A stretch of 54,943 nt of DNA from an uncultured Planctomycetia bacterium (GTDB taxonomy: Bacteria > Omnitrophota > Gorgyraeia > 1-14-0-20-64-10): positions 1-54,943 of the forward strand of contig CAZQXN010000012.1 in assembly GCA_964597545.1 (NCBI GenBank), given 5' to 3'. Below, piece after piece: positions 8,946 to 18,061 of this stretch. How positions within the stretch are numbered: position 1 is the first letter of the stretch; each line of letters opens with the position of its first letter. Under the pieces are notes generated by a model. The model did not search any database, was not told the DNA's origin, and saw only the letters and a program-made list of their open reading frames with translations. Both the position numbers and the translations under genes were made by a program.

Positions 8946-9530
8946 ATGGCAAGTGATGAAGAACTCATTCGGGCTGTTTTGGCTGGAGAGGTGGACCGGT
9001 ATGGCGAGCTGGTGGAGCGATACCGGTCCGCCTCCTGGCGGATGGCCTTTGGGTTTGTGGGCAATAACGAGGATGCCAAGGATCTGTCCCAAAATGGTTT
9101 TGTTAAGGCGTATCAGCAATTGCGTCGGTTTCAAGGTCGGGCGAAATTTTCAACGTGGCTCTACCGAATCATTGCCAACGAGTGTAAGGATTTTCTCAGA
9201 CGAAAGGTTCGAGAGCCGCAGGCACTCCCGCTCCCATCCGACCCCGAAGAAGATCGCCCTGCCCTCTTTGATCTGGCCGATCCTGGCAGAGATCCCGGTG
9301 AGGCAGCATCCGATCGTGAGCTGGCCAAAGCACTCACGCAGGCCATTGGGAGGCTTTCGATGAAACAGCGGACTGTTTTTATCCTGCATCATTTAAGCGG
9401 TCTCACAATTGAAAAGGTTGCCGAGGTCATGAGAATCCGGCCGGGAACAGTGAAGGCTCATCTCTTTCGGGCCACTGAGACCCTCCGAACCGCCCTGGAA
9501 CCGCTGATGGACCAGGAGGTGCGCACGTGA
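8946..9530 (+). CDS. ECF RNA polymerase sigma factor (sigma-70 family)
   Basis: DAKDLSQ, F.TWLYRI..N region 2; region 4 GTVKAHLFRA. Confidence 0.95.
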   Translation: MASDEELIRAVLAGEVDRYGELVERYRSASWRMAFGFVGNNEDAKDLSQNGFVKAYQQLRRFQGRAKFSTWLYRIIANECKDFLRRKVREPQALPLPSDPEEDRPALFDLADPGRDPGEAASDRELAKALTQAIGRLSMKQRTVFILHHLSGLTIEKVAEVMRIRPGTVKAHLFRATETLRTALEPLMDQEVRT

Positions 9531-10048
9531 AGACCAGCGATTGGTACGGTTGGTTTCAAGGGTGGCTTAAGCGACATCCGGTTGCCCCCATGCCGCCTCA
9601 GATAGAAAGATCCTACCGCCAGGAGGTGATGGATAAAGTTCGCGCCCTGGGGAGCCCGCGTCCGGCCCTTCAGTGGCTTCCAAAACCCCGCTTAAGCCTG
9701 GCATGGGGGGCTGCCGTGGCAGCTGTGCTGATGCTGATCGTCCTGACACCCCAGGGCGCTGATCGTCTGGTCGATCAAGTTGAGGAGGAATGGCAAATTC
9801 TTCTTGAGGTCGGAGAGATGGCTCAGCTTGAACCTGAAACGCTCGAAGATGCGCTGCAGGCCGAAGACCGCATGATGCTGGCAGAGGCGATCTCGCAGGG
9901 GCCGGATGCCGATCAGATAGAGGCCACATTGGATCTCATCGAAGCGCTGGAGGAACTGGGTGAGTTCTCACCCGAAGAGACCCTAACCGACGAGGAGTGG
10001 CTTGAACTTCTCGGAGAGCTCGACGAGGAGGATCTGGCTCTCTCTTAA
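9527..10048 (+). CDS. Putative single-pass anti-sigma factor with an acidic extracytoplasmic domain
   Basis: GTGA overlap with the sigma gene; one TM helix; E/D/L-rich C-terminus. Confidence 0.7.
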   Translation: MKTSDWYGWFQGWLKRHPVAPMPPQIERSYRQEVMDKVRALGSPRPALQWLPKPRLSLAWGAAVAAVLMLIVLTPQGADRLVDQVEEEWQILLEVGEMAQLEPETLEDALQAEDRMMLAEAISQGPDADQIEATLDLIEALEELGEFSPEETLTDEEWLELLGELDEEDLALS

Positions 10049-10162
10049 CGCCCAAAAACCAGGGCACCTACGCATCGCCACCTTTTATCTACCCCCATGG
10101 GCCTGCTCGCGGTAAGATATTTTGCAGGTTTTTGTGCCCTGCAAACAGGAAGGAACCTTAAA

Positions 10163-10546
10163 GTGAAACCACTTCTATCTGCATCTATGGCCCTAATACT
10201 TCTGGTGACACCCTGCGCCTCTGTGCAGGCCCGTGAACCGATATCCATGTGCGAGGCGGCTGAATCAGACCACTATCTGACCAAGGCAGGGGGAATGTTT
10301 ATGCGGGGGGCTGCCAATGCAGGCTTGTGCTGGCTGGAATTTTTCCACCAACCGATGAAGGCAGCTGAGGAAGGGGATTCCATTCTCCTGGGGACGCTGA
10401 AGGGACCGCTCTACGCCCTCATCCGGGCAGGCCAAGGGGCCGGAGACATGCTCCTGGCCCTTGCCCCTCCCAACCGGGAGGGGGAATATCCCAGGGTTGC
10501 CTCGGGAGACTGCACCCTAGGCATCTTGGGGTTGGAAGAGCGTTAG
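10163..10546 (+). CDS. Secreted/membrane protein resembling the TIGR04073 exosortase-associated family
   Basis: GTG start after AGGAAGG; signal peptide; RG..N...W.E...P...G..G..KG...A..R...G pattern. Confidence 0.55.
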   Translation: MKPLLSASMALILLVTPCASVQAREPISMCEAAESDHYLTKAGGMFMRGAANAGLCWLEFFHQPMKAAEEGDSILLGTLKGPLYALIRAGQGAGDMLLALAPPNREGEYPRVASGDCTLGILGLEER

Positions 10547-10622
10547 TCAGCATTGCTTCTCGCTTCTACTTGAAACCTACATACCCCCAAGCAAGGACAA
10601 TGACAAAGAGAGAATTCTCACT

Positions 10623-11906
10623 ATGATCCAAAAGGGTTGGTGGATACCCTTCATCCTGGGTGGAGCGCTGTTGAGCAGCGGAGCGCCTGCTTTGGCATCC
10701 GAAGTGGATATCTTGGTCAATAAGTTGGTTGAGAAGGGCATCTTAACCGCCGAGGAAGCCAAAGAAATCCGCCAGGAGGTCAAGGAGGAATCCCGTCGGC
10801 TGGCCGCAGCCCCCCAACCCCCGAGCCAGCACGCAGCGGCACCCCAACCCACCCGGGCAGCCCTGCCGGATTGGATCCGGAAGACCCAGTGGTTCGGCGA
10901 TCTCAGGCTCCGGTATGAAGGACAACTAAAGAACTACACCGATGACCGCCATCGGGAGCGGTTCCGACTCCGATTAGGCTTTAAGACCCATCCGGTGGAT
11001 TCCCTGGAGGTGGGGGTGCGATTAGCCACCGGGGGCGGCGGAACACCGACCTCCACCAATCAGACCCTTACCGACACCTTTGACAACAAGGAGATCCGGG
11101 TTGATCGCGCCTATGCCCAATTTACCCCCTGGAAGTGGCTCTCGATCATCGGTGGAAAGATGGGGATCCCCTTCAAGAAAACAGATACCGTCTGGGACAG
11201 CGATGTCACGCCCGAAGGGGTGGCCCTGCGGTTAAAGAGCCCGAGCGATGATCCGATTCAACCCTTTGCTAACATCGCAGCCTTTCAGGTGGATGAGCTC
11301 AGTGGCGATGCCGGAGACCCGGGCCTGCTGGGTTTCCAGGGGGGAGCTCGAGTGGAACTGCCTTGGGGCCGCGATTGGATCTGGACCCCTTCGATCGCCT
11401 ATTATGATTTCACAGGAATTGATGGCAAGTTACCCAGTACCATTACCAATGCCCCCAACGGAAACAGCACCGATGCCACCGGCTCCTTCCGGGATGACTT
11501 TGACCTCATCCACGCCATCTCAAAGATCAAGATTCCTGCCCTTGCTGTATTGGAAAAACCGGTGACGCTTTCCGGCGATCTTGTCCACAACACCGACGCC
11601 GCTGATGACGGCACCGGTTATCAAATCGGCTTTAAAGTCGGCAAGGTCACCGATCAAACGGGAAGCTGGGAGGCCTCTTACTCATGGAAGCGGCTGGAGT
11701 CAGATGCAACCTTTGGAGCGCTCACCGACGGTGACTTTGGGCTTGGGGGCACCGGGCACAAGGGGCACAAGTTGGGCGTCAAGATGGGCCTGACCCAGCA
11801 TTGGAGTGCGGCACTCACCTATTTCCGCGTGGATGATATTGAACCCACCTCAGGAACCACCCGGCGGAACAACATTCTTCAGATGGATACCTTAGTCGGT
11901 TGGTAA
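10623..11906 (+). CDS. Putative outer-membrane porin
   Basis: Signal peptide; LVNKLVEKGILTAEEA N-domain; GDLRLRYE and R.RFRLRLG strands; C-terminal W. Confidence 0.85.
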   Translation: MIQKGWWIPFILGGALLSSGAPALASEVDILVNKLVEKGILTAEEAKEIRQEVKEESRRLAAAPQPPSQHAAAPQPTRAALPDWIRKTQWFGDLRLRYEGQLKNYTDDRHRERFRLRLGFKTHPVDSLEVGVRLATGGGGTPTSTNQTLTDTFDNKEIRVDRAYAQFTPWKWLSIIGGKMGIPFKKTDTVWDSDVTPEGVALRLKSPSDDPIQPFANIAAFQVDELSGDAGDPGLLGFQGGARVELPWGRDWIWTPSIAYYDFTGIDGKLPSTITNAPNGNSTDATGSFRDDFDLIHAISKIKIPALAVLEKPVTLSGDLVHNTDAADDGTGYQIGFKVGKVTDQTGSWEASYSWKRLESDATFGALTDGDFGLGGTGHKGHKLGVKMGLTQHWSAALTYFRVDDIEPTSGTTRRNNILQMDTLVGW

Positions 11907-12562
11907 TGCCAAGACAACAGTGGTACGCTCAGGAGCCATTCGCGGGCCTAAGCGCATCCACGCGGCGTAAGCTTCAAGCTGTGGCCAAAGAACAGCGAAT
12001 CCGCCGCGGGGAGTGCCTCTTTCGCGAAGAAGAGCCAGCGCGCGCTTTGTGGCTGGTCCGTTCCGGATGGGTACAACTCAAGCGCAAGGCCGGCAACCGC
12101 CAGGAGCTCACCCTGGACATTGTGACCCCCAAAGACAACCTCTGCGGTCTTTCTGCCTTCTTTGGCGGCCGCTACATGGGCACTGCGGTCGCGGCAACCC
12201 CGCTTGAGGCGGTAAGGATTCCGGCTGCGGCCCTGCGCACTGTGATTGGAAGTAACACGCGGTTAACAACCCGCATCGCGCAGCTGACCCTTGCCCGGTA
12301 CCGCCACATCACCTCAGCGTATGCCAATGCCTTCAGCTCCGCGCAACAGCGCATCGCAGCGGTCCTGCTGCGGCTGGAAGAGGATTTTGGCCGCCTCCTG
12401 CCAGTCACTCGCAAGGAGGTGGCAGAACTTTCCGGCACAACGGTTGAGACAGCCATCCGGGTCACGCGCCGGATGGAACGCAGGGGGGTGCTGCGCAGCA
12501 ACCGGGGTCAAATCAAGCTGTTGAAATCGGCGGCGCTCAAGGCAAAGGCTCGGCCCTCATGA
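11906..12562 (+). CDS. Crp/Fnr family transcriptional regulator
   Basis: cNMP-like domain plus HTH (TRKEVAELSGTTVETAIR); ATG overlaps the porin stop; no FNR-type Cys cluster. Confidence 0.9.
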   Translation: MPRQQWYAQEPFAGLSASTRRKLQAVAKEQRIRRGECLFREEEPARALWLVRSGWVQLKRKAGNRQELTLDIVTPKDNLCGLSAFFGGRYMGTAVAATPLEAVRIPAAALRTVIGSNTRLTTRIAQLTLARYRHITSAYANAFSSAQQRIAAVLLRLEEDFGRLLPVTRKEVAELSGTTVETAIRVTRRMERRGVLRSNRGQIKLLKSAALKAKARPS

Positions 12563-14289
12563 TCCAACTTCCAGGCGCAAAAGATCTTCGCACCTCTCAT
12601 CCTAAACGCACCACCTTCGGCTCGATGCTCCGCTTTGGGCGCAGGACGCGCAAGGGGAAAAATATCACCCCCTCCAAAACCAGCGGCTCAGAAACCGAAG
12701 CCCTGCCCTATCGGCTCCTGCTGACCTCTGTTTGCCGACCGCTGGGTCCGCGGCACGGAGATGGGATCTCGGTCGGCTACGAGCTCATGCACGGCCAGGT
12801 GACACGGGTTCAGGGGATGTTCAGTCCCCGCTCTTACCAGTGCCAGTTCTCGCTGGAATACATCGCCCACAACATCGACATCCCCGCGGTGGTCCTCCAA
12901 TACCCTTCAGAGCGGGAGCTGATCCGGGAGCTCAAAAAGGGCTACCGTTATGTCGGCATCTCCTTTGTCTTGAGCGTCTTTCACCGGATGAAGCGCATCG
13001 TGGAACTGGTCCGGCGCTACTCGCCCCATTCCAAGATCATCCTGGGGGGCTACGGAACGGTCTTGGGCAATGAGGAGCTTGCGCCCTACGGGGATTACAT
13101 CTGCCGAGGGGAGGGAGTGGGATTCCTGCGCCGGCTCTTTGGGGAACCTGAACAGCCAATGCCCTACGACCATCCCCTGGCCTTCAATGGCCTGACGATC
13201 TTTTCGGCTTCGCAGGGGGACAACGGCATGATCTTCGCAGGATTGGGTTGTCCCAACGGGTGCGACTTCTGTGTCACCTCTCACTTCTTTAAGCGCAAGC
13301 ATGTGCGGCTGCTGCCGACCGGGCGCGACATCTTCAATGTCATGATGAAGTACCGCGAGGCCCGCTCCCAAACGCGGTTCACGGTGCTCGACGAAGATTT
13401 CCTGCTCAACCGCAAGCGAGCCATGGAGTTTCACGCGTGTGTGCGGGAAGCGCAGGCAGATTTTCCGACGTCGGTCTTTGCCAGTGTAAAGGCCCTCTCC
13501 CAATTCACCATAGAGGAGCTCTTGGAGATGGGGATCTGCGGCGTCTGGATCGGCTACGAGGGGCGCCGGTCAGCCTATGCCAAACAGCAGGGGCGCAATG
13601 TCGATGAACTGATCCGAGACCTGCAGGGGCATGGGATTATGGTGTTGACCTCGATGATCGTCGGCTTTGACTACCAGACGCCTCAGATCATCCAGGAGGA
13701 GTTTGATCAGCTTATGGCTCTCTCCCCGATGTGCGCGCAGTTCTTAATCTATGGGCCGGCCCCCGGAACACCCTTTTACGAGCGGATCACCCGGGAGGGC
13801 CGCCTGCGCCGAAAATATCTGGTCAACCGCGACGCCTTTTACCGGCGCTGCACCGGATTTTACAACGTAGTACAGCACCCCACCATGAGCACACCGCAAA
13901 TTGAAGCCATTCAGCGCAACTGCTTCCGGCAGGATTTCAGGCGGCTGGGGCCTTCGATCATTCGCGGCGCTGAAACCTGGTGGGCCGGCTATCGGAGATT
14001 GAAGTCAACGCAGAACCCCCGGCTGCAGCTGTGTGTCGAGCGCTATCGAACCGACATCCTCAACTCCCTCCCTGCTGTTTCGACAGCGATGTGGTTGGGC
14101 CCCAGCGTCAGGGCTCGCAGGCGGGCCAAAAATCTCTACCAAGAGCTCACACGCGAGTTTGGACGCCCTCGGTTGCCGGGGCATCTCAAGAATGCAGCAA
14201 CCCTGGGGATGGCCTTGTGGACCGAGGCAACGCTGCGCATGGGGCTGTTTCAGCACCCACAGCTTGTCCGCACCGAATACCGAATGTAA
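12559..14289 (+). CDS. B12-binding-domain radical SAM protein
   Basis: VGIS...IILGGY...GEG cobalamin-binding-like domain; GCPNGCDFC; DEDF; true start uncertain. Confidence 0.85.
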   Translation: MIQLPGAKDLRTSHPKRTTFGSMLRFGRRTRKGKNITPSKTSGSETEALPYRLLLTSVCRPLGPRHGDGISVGYELMHGQVTRVQGMFSPRSYQCQFSLEYIAHNIDIPAVVLQYPSERELIRELKKGYRYVGISFVLSVFHRMKRIVELVRRYSPHSKIILGGYGTVLGNEELAPYGDYICRGEGVGFLRRLFGEPEQPMPYDHPLAFNGLTIFSASQGDNGMIFAGLGCPNGCDFCVTSHFFKRKHVRLLPTGRDIFNVMMKYREARSQTRFTVLDEDFLLNRKRAMEFHACVREAQADFPTSVFASVKALSQFTIEELLEMGICGVWIGYEGRRSAYAKQQGRNVDELIRDLQGHGIMVLTSMIVGFDYQTPQIIQEEFDQLMALSPMCAQFLIYGPAPGTPFYERITREGRLRRKYLVNRDAFYRRCTGFYNVVQHPTMSTPQIEAIQRNCFRQDFRRLGPSIIRGAETWWAGYRRLKSTQNPRLQLCVERYRTDILNSLPAVSTAMWLGPSVRARRRAKNLYQELTREFGRPRLPGHLKNAATLGMALWTEATLRMGLFQHPQLVRTEYRM

Positions 14290-14310
14290 CCCTCGCAAGG
14301 ATCGCTAGAG

Positions 14311-15762
14311 ATGACTGATCCACAATCTTCCCAGTTTCATCTCCTTATCGTCGGAGGCGGCATCACGGGTCTGGCAGCCGCCGAAGCACTGCTGGAGCAG
14401 GCTCAAACCCAGGGCAGATCCTTAAGGTTAACCCTGGTGGAAGCGGCCCCCCGCTTGGGGGGCGTCATCCAAACAGAATCCCGGGCGGGTTTCTTGTTGG
14501 AGGCGGGGCCGGACAGTTTTGTGAACAACACCCCGGAGGCCGTGGAGCTGAGCACGCGGCTGGGGCTCTCCGAGGAGCTCACTGGGGCCAACCCGGCCTG
14601 CCGAAAGAGCTTTGTGGTCCGCCAAGACCGCCTGGTACCGATCCCGGATGGATTCTCCTTGATCGGACCCTCGCGGCTGCTCCCATTCGCCCTATCACCG
14701 CTCCTCTCTCCTCAAGGAAAGGTCCGGGCTGCCCTGGAGGCAGTGATCCCAAAGCGCCCGGTCAACAGGCGCCCGGCCAACGGGGATGAAAGTGTAGCCT
14801 CCTTTGTCCGCAGACGGTTTGGGGGTGAGCTGTTTGACCGGTTGGCCGGACCTCTGGTGCGGGGCATCGGCTCAGGGGATCCGGAAAATTTGAGCATGCG
14901 CATCCTGCTGCCGCAGTTCCTCGAGATGGAAGCTCAACATGGATCGATTCTGCGCGGACTCCATGCCCTGGGACGCAAGAAAAAGGCAGCCGAGAAAAAC
15001 AGTGCCGGTCCCCGCTATGGACTCTTTGTCTCCTTCCGAGAAGGGATGCAGACGCTGGTGGATCGCTTAGGAAAACGGCTGCCACCCGAGAGCATCCGGT
15101 TGGGTGCGCGTGCCCAGAGCATTGAGCGGGGCCCCAACGGAAAGGGTTGGCGGGTGCAGATGGCTGACGGTCAGGCCCTTGACGCCCACGCCCTCTGTTT
15201 GACCCTCCCTCCTTTTGGGATTGCACAGCTGCTGCGCGGGCTTGATCCGGCATTGGCTGATGCCTTCAAACAGATCCCCTCTGCCTCTTGGGCAACGGTG
15301 AATCTTGCCTTCCGGGCAACCGATGTCTCTCACCCATTGGATGGATTCGGCTTTGTGGTGCCCGCCTCTGAGGATTTTCGGCTTACCGGATGCACCTTCA
15401 GCCATGTGAAGTTCCCGGGCCGAGCCCCGGCAGAGCACGTGTTGTTCCGCGCCTTTATTCCCTACGAGGGCACAACCGATGCCGCCAGCCCCAGTGACCA
15501 AGCGCTGCAGGATACGGCTTGCCGGGAGCTCAACCGGCTGGTGGGGCTTGCGGGCGAGCCTTGTTTTGCGGTGGTCCGCCGCATGAGTCAATCCCTGCCT
15601 AAGTTTCATGTGGGGCATCCCGACCGGATTGCACAAATTCAAGAAAGCCTTCGTCGGCACCGAGGATTGGTGGTGGCAGGCAATGCCTACGAAGGGCATG
15701 GCGTGACGCAATGTATTAAGAGCGGCCGGAAAGCGGCCGCATCACTTTTGGATCTCGTATGA
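14311..15762 (+). CDS. hemY: HemY-type proto/coproporphyrinogen oxidase
   Basis: GGGITGLAAA FAD site; RLGG; EAGPDSF; GFGFVVP; AGNAYEG.G. Confidence 0.93.
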   Translation: MTDPQSSQFHLLIVGGGITGLAAAEALLEQAQTQGRSLRLTLVEAAPRLGGVIQTESRAGFLLEAGPDSFVNNTPEAVELSTRLGLSEELTGANPACRKSFVVRQDRLVPIPDGFSLIGPSRLLPFALSPLLSPQGKVRAALEAVIPKRPVNRRPANGDESVASFVRRRFGGELFDRLAGPLVRGIGSGDPENLSMRILLPQFLEMEAQHGSILRGLHALGRKKKAAEKNSAGPRYGLFVSFREGMQTLVDRLGKRLPPESIRLGARAQSIERGPNGKGWRVQMADGQALDAHALCLTLPPFGIAQLLRGLDPALADAFKQIPSASWATVNLAFRATDVSHPLDGFGFVVPASEDFRLTGCTFSHVKFPGRAPAEHVLFRAFIPYEGTTDAASPSDQALQDTACRELNRLVGLAGEPCFAVVRRMSQSLPKFHVGHPDRIAQIQESLRRHRGLVVAGNAYEGHGVTQCIKSGRKAAASLLDLV

Positions 15763-16880
15763 TGGATTGCCACCAGCTGCTCTTCATCGTCATCTGGGAG
15801 CCAACACAGGCGTGCGACTTAGTCTGTGCGCACTGCAGGGCCGAAGCGCAACCTGCTCCCCTGCCCGGGGAGCTCAGCCACCCAGAAGGGTTAGGGCTTA
15901 TTGACCAGGTGGCCAAAATGCAAGCCTCGATCTTGGTCCTCAGCGGAGGAGATCCCTTAAAGCGCAAGGGACTGTCCAAGCTCATCGCGCATGGCAAATC
16001 CCGAGGTCTTCGGATCTGCACCATCCCAGCCGCGACTGACCTGCTGACCCGGCAAGCGGTGGCTCAGCTCAAGGAAGCAGGACTAGACCAAATGGCGCTG
16101 AGCCTCGATGCCGTTACCGCCGAGCGTCACGATCATTTCCGGGGATCACGCGGGGCATTTCAAAAAACCATGGAGGCCATCCAGTGGGCCCATGAGGTCA
16201 AGCTCCCCCTGCAAATCAACACGGTGATCAGCCAATACAATGTCCGCCAGATCAACCGCCTGGTGCAGCTCGTTGAGAAGCTTGGGATTGTATTCTGGGA
16301 GGTTTTCTTCTTGGTTCCGGTTGGGCGGGGCGCAGAGCTTGAGCCGCTGAGCGCCCAGCAGTGCGAGGAGGTTTTTGCCGCACTGTACCGAGCAGCCCAA
16401 AACAACCCCTTTATTGTTAAGGCAACCGAAGGGCCTCATTTCCGGCGTTATTACATCCAGCAGCAGCTTCAGGCCGCCCAGATAGATCCCGAGACCTTGG
16501 ACTTTAGCCCTACGGAGTTGCCGCATGAGCTTCGGCGCCTCACAGGACCCCATGGAACCATTGGGCGGGCACCCCAAGGGGTCAATGCCGGCAAGGGGCA
16601 CCTCTTCATTGCGCACGATGGAGAAATATACCCCAGCGGTTTCCTGCCGCTCTCTGCCGGGAACATCCGCAGGGTGGGCCTGAAGCAAACTTACCAATCC
16701 TCGGACCTTTTTCGGATGCTGCGTGATGCCGGCCGGCTCAAGGGGCGCTGCGGGATTTGCGAGTACCGTTGGATCTGTGGCGGCTCCCGCGCAAGGGCCT
16801 TTGCCGTCAGCGGCGACCCGTTGGCAGAAGACCCTTGCTGCGCTTACGTGCCCAGCCCCCAGGAGGCCGTTCGACAATGA
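15759..16880 (+). CDS. Radical SAM/SPASM protein (AhbD/NirJ-like; resembles TIGR04053)
   Basis: WEPTQACDLVCAHCRA; GVNAGKG; PSGFLP; C-terminal CGIC..R..CGGSRARA...DPCC. Confidence 0.85.
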   Translation: MMDCHQLLFIVIWEPTQACDLVCAHCRAEAQPAPLPGELSHPEGLGLIDQVAKMQASILVLSGGDPLKRKGLSKLIAHGKSRGLRICTIPAATDLLTRQAVAQLKEAGLDQMALSLDAVTAERHDHFRGSRGAFQKTMEAIQWAHEVKLPLQINTVISQYNVRQINRLVQLVEKLGIVFWEVFFLVPVGRGAELEPLSAQQCEEVFAALYRAAQNNPFIVKATEGPHFRRYYIQQQLQAAQIDPETLDFSPTELPHELRRLTGPHGTIGRAPQGVNAGKGHLFIAHDGEIYPSGFLPLSAGNIRRVGLKQTYQSSDLFRMLRDAGRLKGRCGICEYRWICGGSRARAFAVSGDPLAEDPCCAYVPSPQEAVRQ

Positions 16881-17965
16881 CCTCGACCGTCCCCACCCCT
16901 GAAGCGATTCGAGCCAAGCTTCAAACTCAAGACCCCGCTGAGGAACGCGACCTCTTTGCCAAGGCCCGCGCCCTCACCGAGCAGCGCTTCAACAATCGCA
17001 TCTGTCTGTTTGCGCCGCTGTATGTATCAGACTTCTGCGTCAACAATTGCCTTTACTGCGGATTCCGGCAGCAGAATACTGCGCTGGAACGCCGAGCCTT
17101 AAGCCCAGAAGCGGTTCGGACCGAGGCTGGCGCCATCGTCGCGATGGGACACAAAACCGTCTTGATTGTGGCTGGAGAACACCCCGAGCAAGCCGGATCT
17201 AAGGCCATTGCCCAGAGCATCCGTGCGGTCAAAACCTTTGATGCGGTCCGTGACATCAAGGTAGAGGTGATGCCGATGAGCCAAGAGGGGTATGCCGAGC
17301 TGTATGCCGCCGGGGCAAGGACGGTTGTCCTGTACCAGGAAACATACGACCGCGCCCTTTATGCGAAAGCGCATCCGGCTGGACCCAAGGCGGCATTTGC
17401 GTGGCGGCTCTCCGCGTTAGAGCGCGCCTTTGCTGCCGGTTTTAAGCGGGTCGGCATCGGCATCCTGGTCGGTTTGGGGGAGGTTGCCTTTGAGACCAGC
17501 ATGTTGATCGCTCATGCCCGTTCGATCCATGCCCGTTGGGGAATGTGGCCCTCCACCCTTTCCCTTCCCCGGCTGCAACCCGCCGAAACCGCACCGTGGT
17601 CACTTAAGCCCCCCAACCCAGTCGATGATGCAACATTCTCACGCCTGGTTGCTCTGCTGCGCTGTGAGCTGCCTGAGGTAGGGATCGCCCTCACCACCCG
17701 GGAATCGCCGGAGCTGCGGGATCGACTCCTTGAGCTGGGTGTGGGAATTACACATTTCAGCGCCGGCTCTAGGACTGAGGTGGGAGGATATGCCACAACC
17801 GCGCAGGATAAACTCAGCCCGAGCCTCCAGCACACCTCCCGGGAGGGACAGTTCTCTATTCAAGACGAGCGTCCGGCCCTTGAGGTCTCCGAACAGATGA
17901 GGCGCCTGGGACATACGCCGATTTGGATGGAGTCTGCGGCGTGCAGCGCTTCAACCGCATCGTAA
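16877..17965 (+). CDS. thiH: ThiH-like radical SAM aromatic amino-acid lyase
   Basis: FAPLYVSDFCVNNCLYCGF; YQETY; TRE; SAGSRTEVGGY; GQF.I.DER; ATG16877 overlaps the upstream stop. Confidence 0.7.
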   Translation: MTSTVPTPEAIRAKLQTQDPAEERDLFAKARALTEQRFNNRICLFAPLYVSDFCVNNCLYCGFRQQNTALERRALSPEAVRTEAGAIVAMGHKTVLIVAGEHPEQAGSKAIAQSIRAVKTFDAVRDIKVEVMPMSQEGYAELYAAGARTVVLYQETYDRALYAKAHPAGPKAAFAWRLSALERAFAAGFKRVGIGILVGLGEVAFETSMLIAHARSIHARWGMWPSTLSLPRLQPAETAPWSLKPPNPVDDATFSRLVALLRCELPEVGIALTTRESPELRDRLLELGVGITHFSAGSRTEVGGYATTAQDKLSPSLQHTSREGQFSIQDERPALEVSEQMRRLGHTPIWMESAACSASTAS

Positions 17966-18061
17966 GTGGTGTTCAAACCCGTTTAAGGTAAGACTGCCAC
18001 TTCTGGTACCGACTGTATTATAATAGTCTGACTGCTTATAACCCATTTAAGAGGATAATCC

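Noticed and set aside
7938-9363. Long alternative ORFs 7938-8822 (-) and 8482-9363 (+)
   Set aside because: Shadows of low-complexity, GC-rich real genes with no recognisable motifs
10600-10626. 8-codon leader ORF (MTKREFSL) overlapping the porin start
   Set aside because: SD-like AAGGA is only 2 nt from the ATG, with no other support
16877-17965. HydG hydrogenase maturase
   Set aside because: Too short, lacks the C-terminal Cys motif, and no hydA/hydE/hydF nearby
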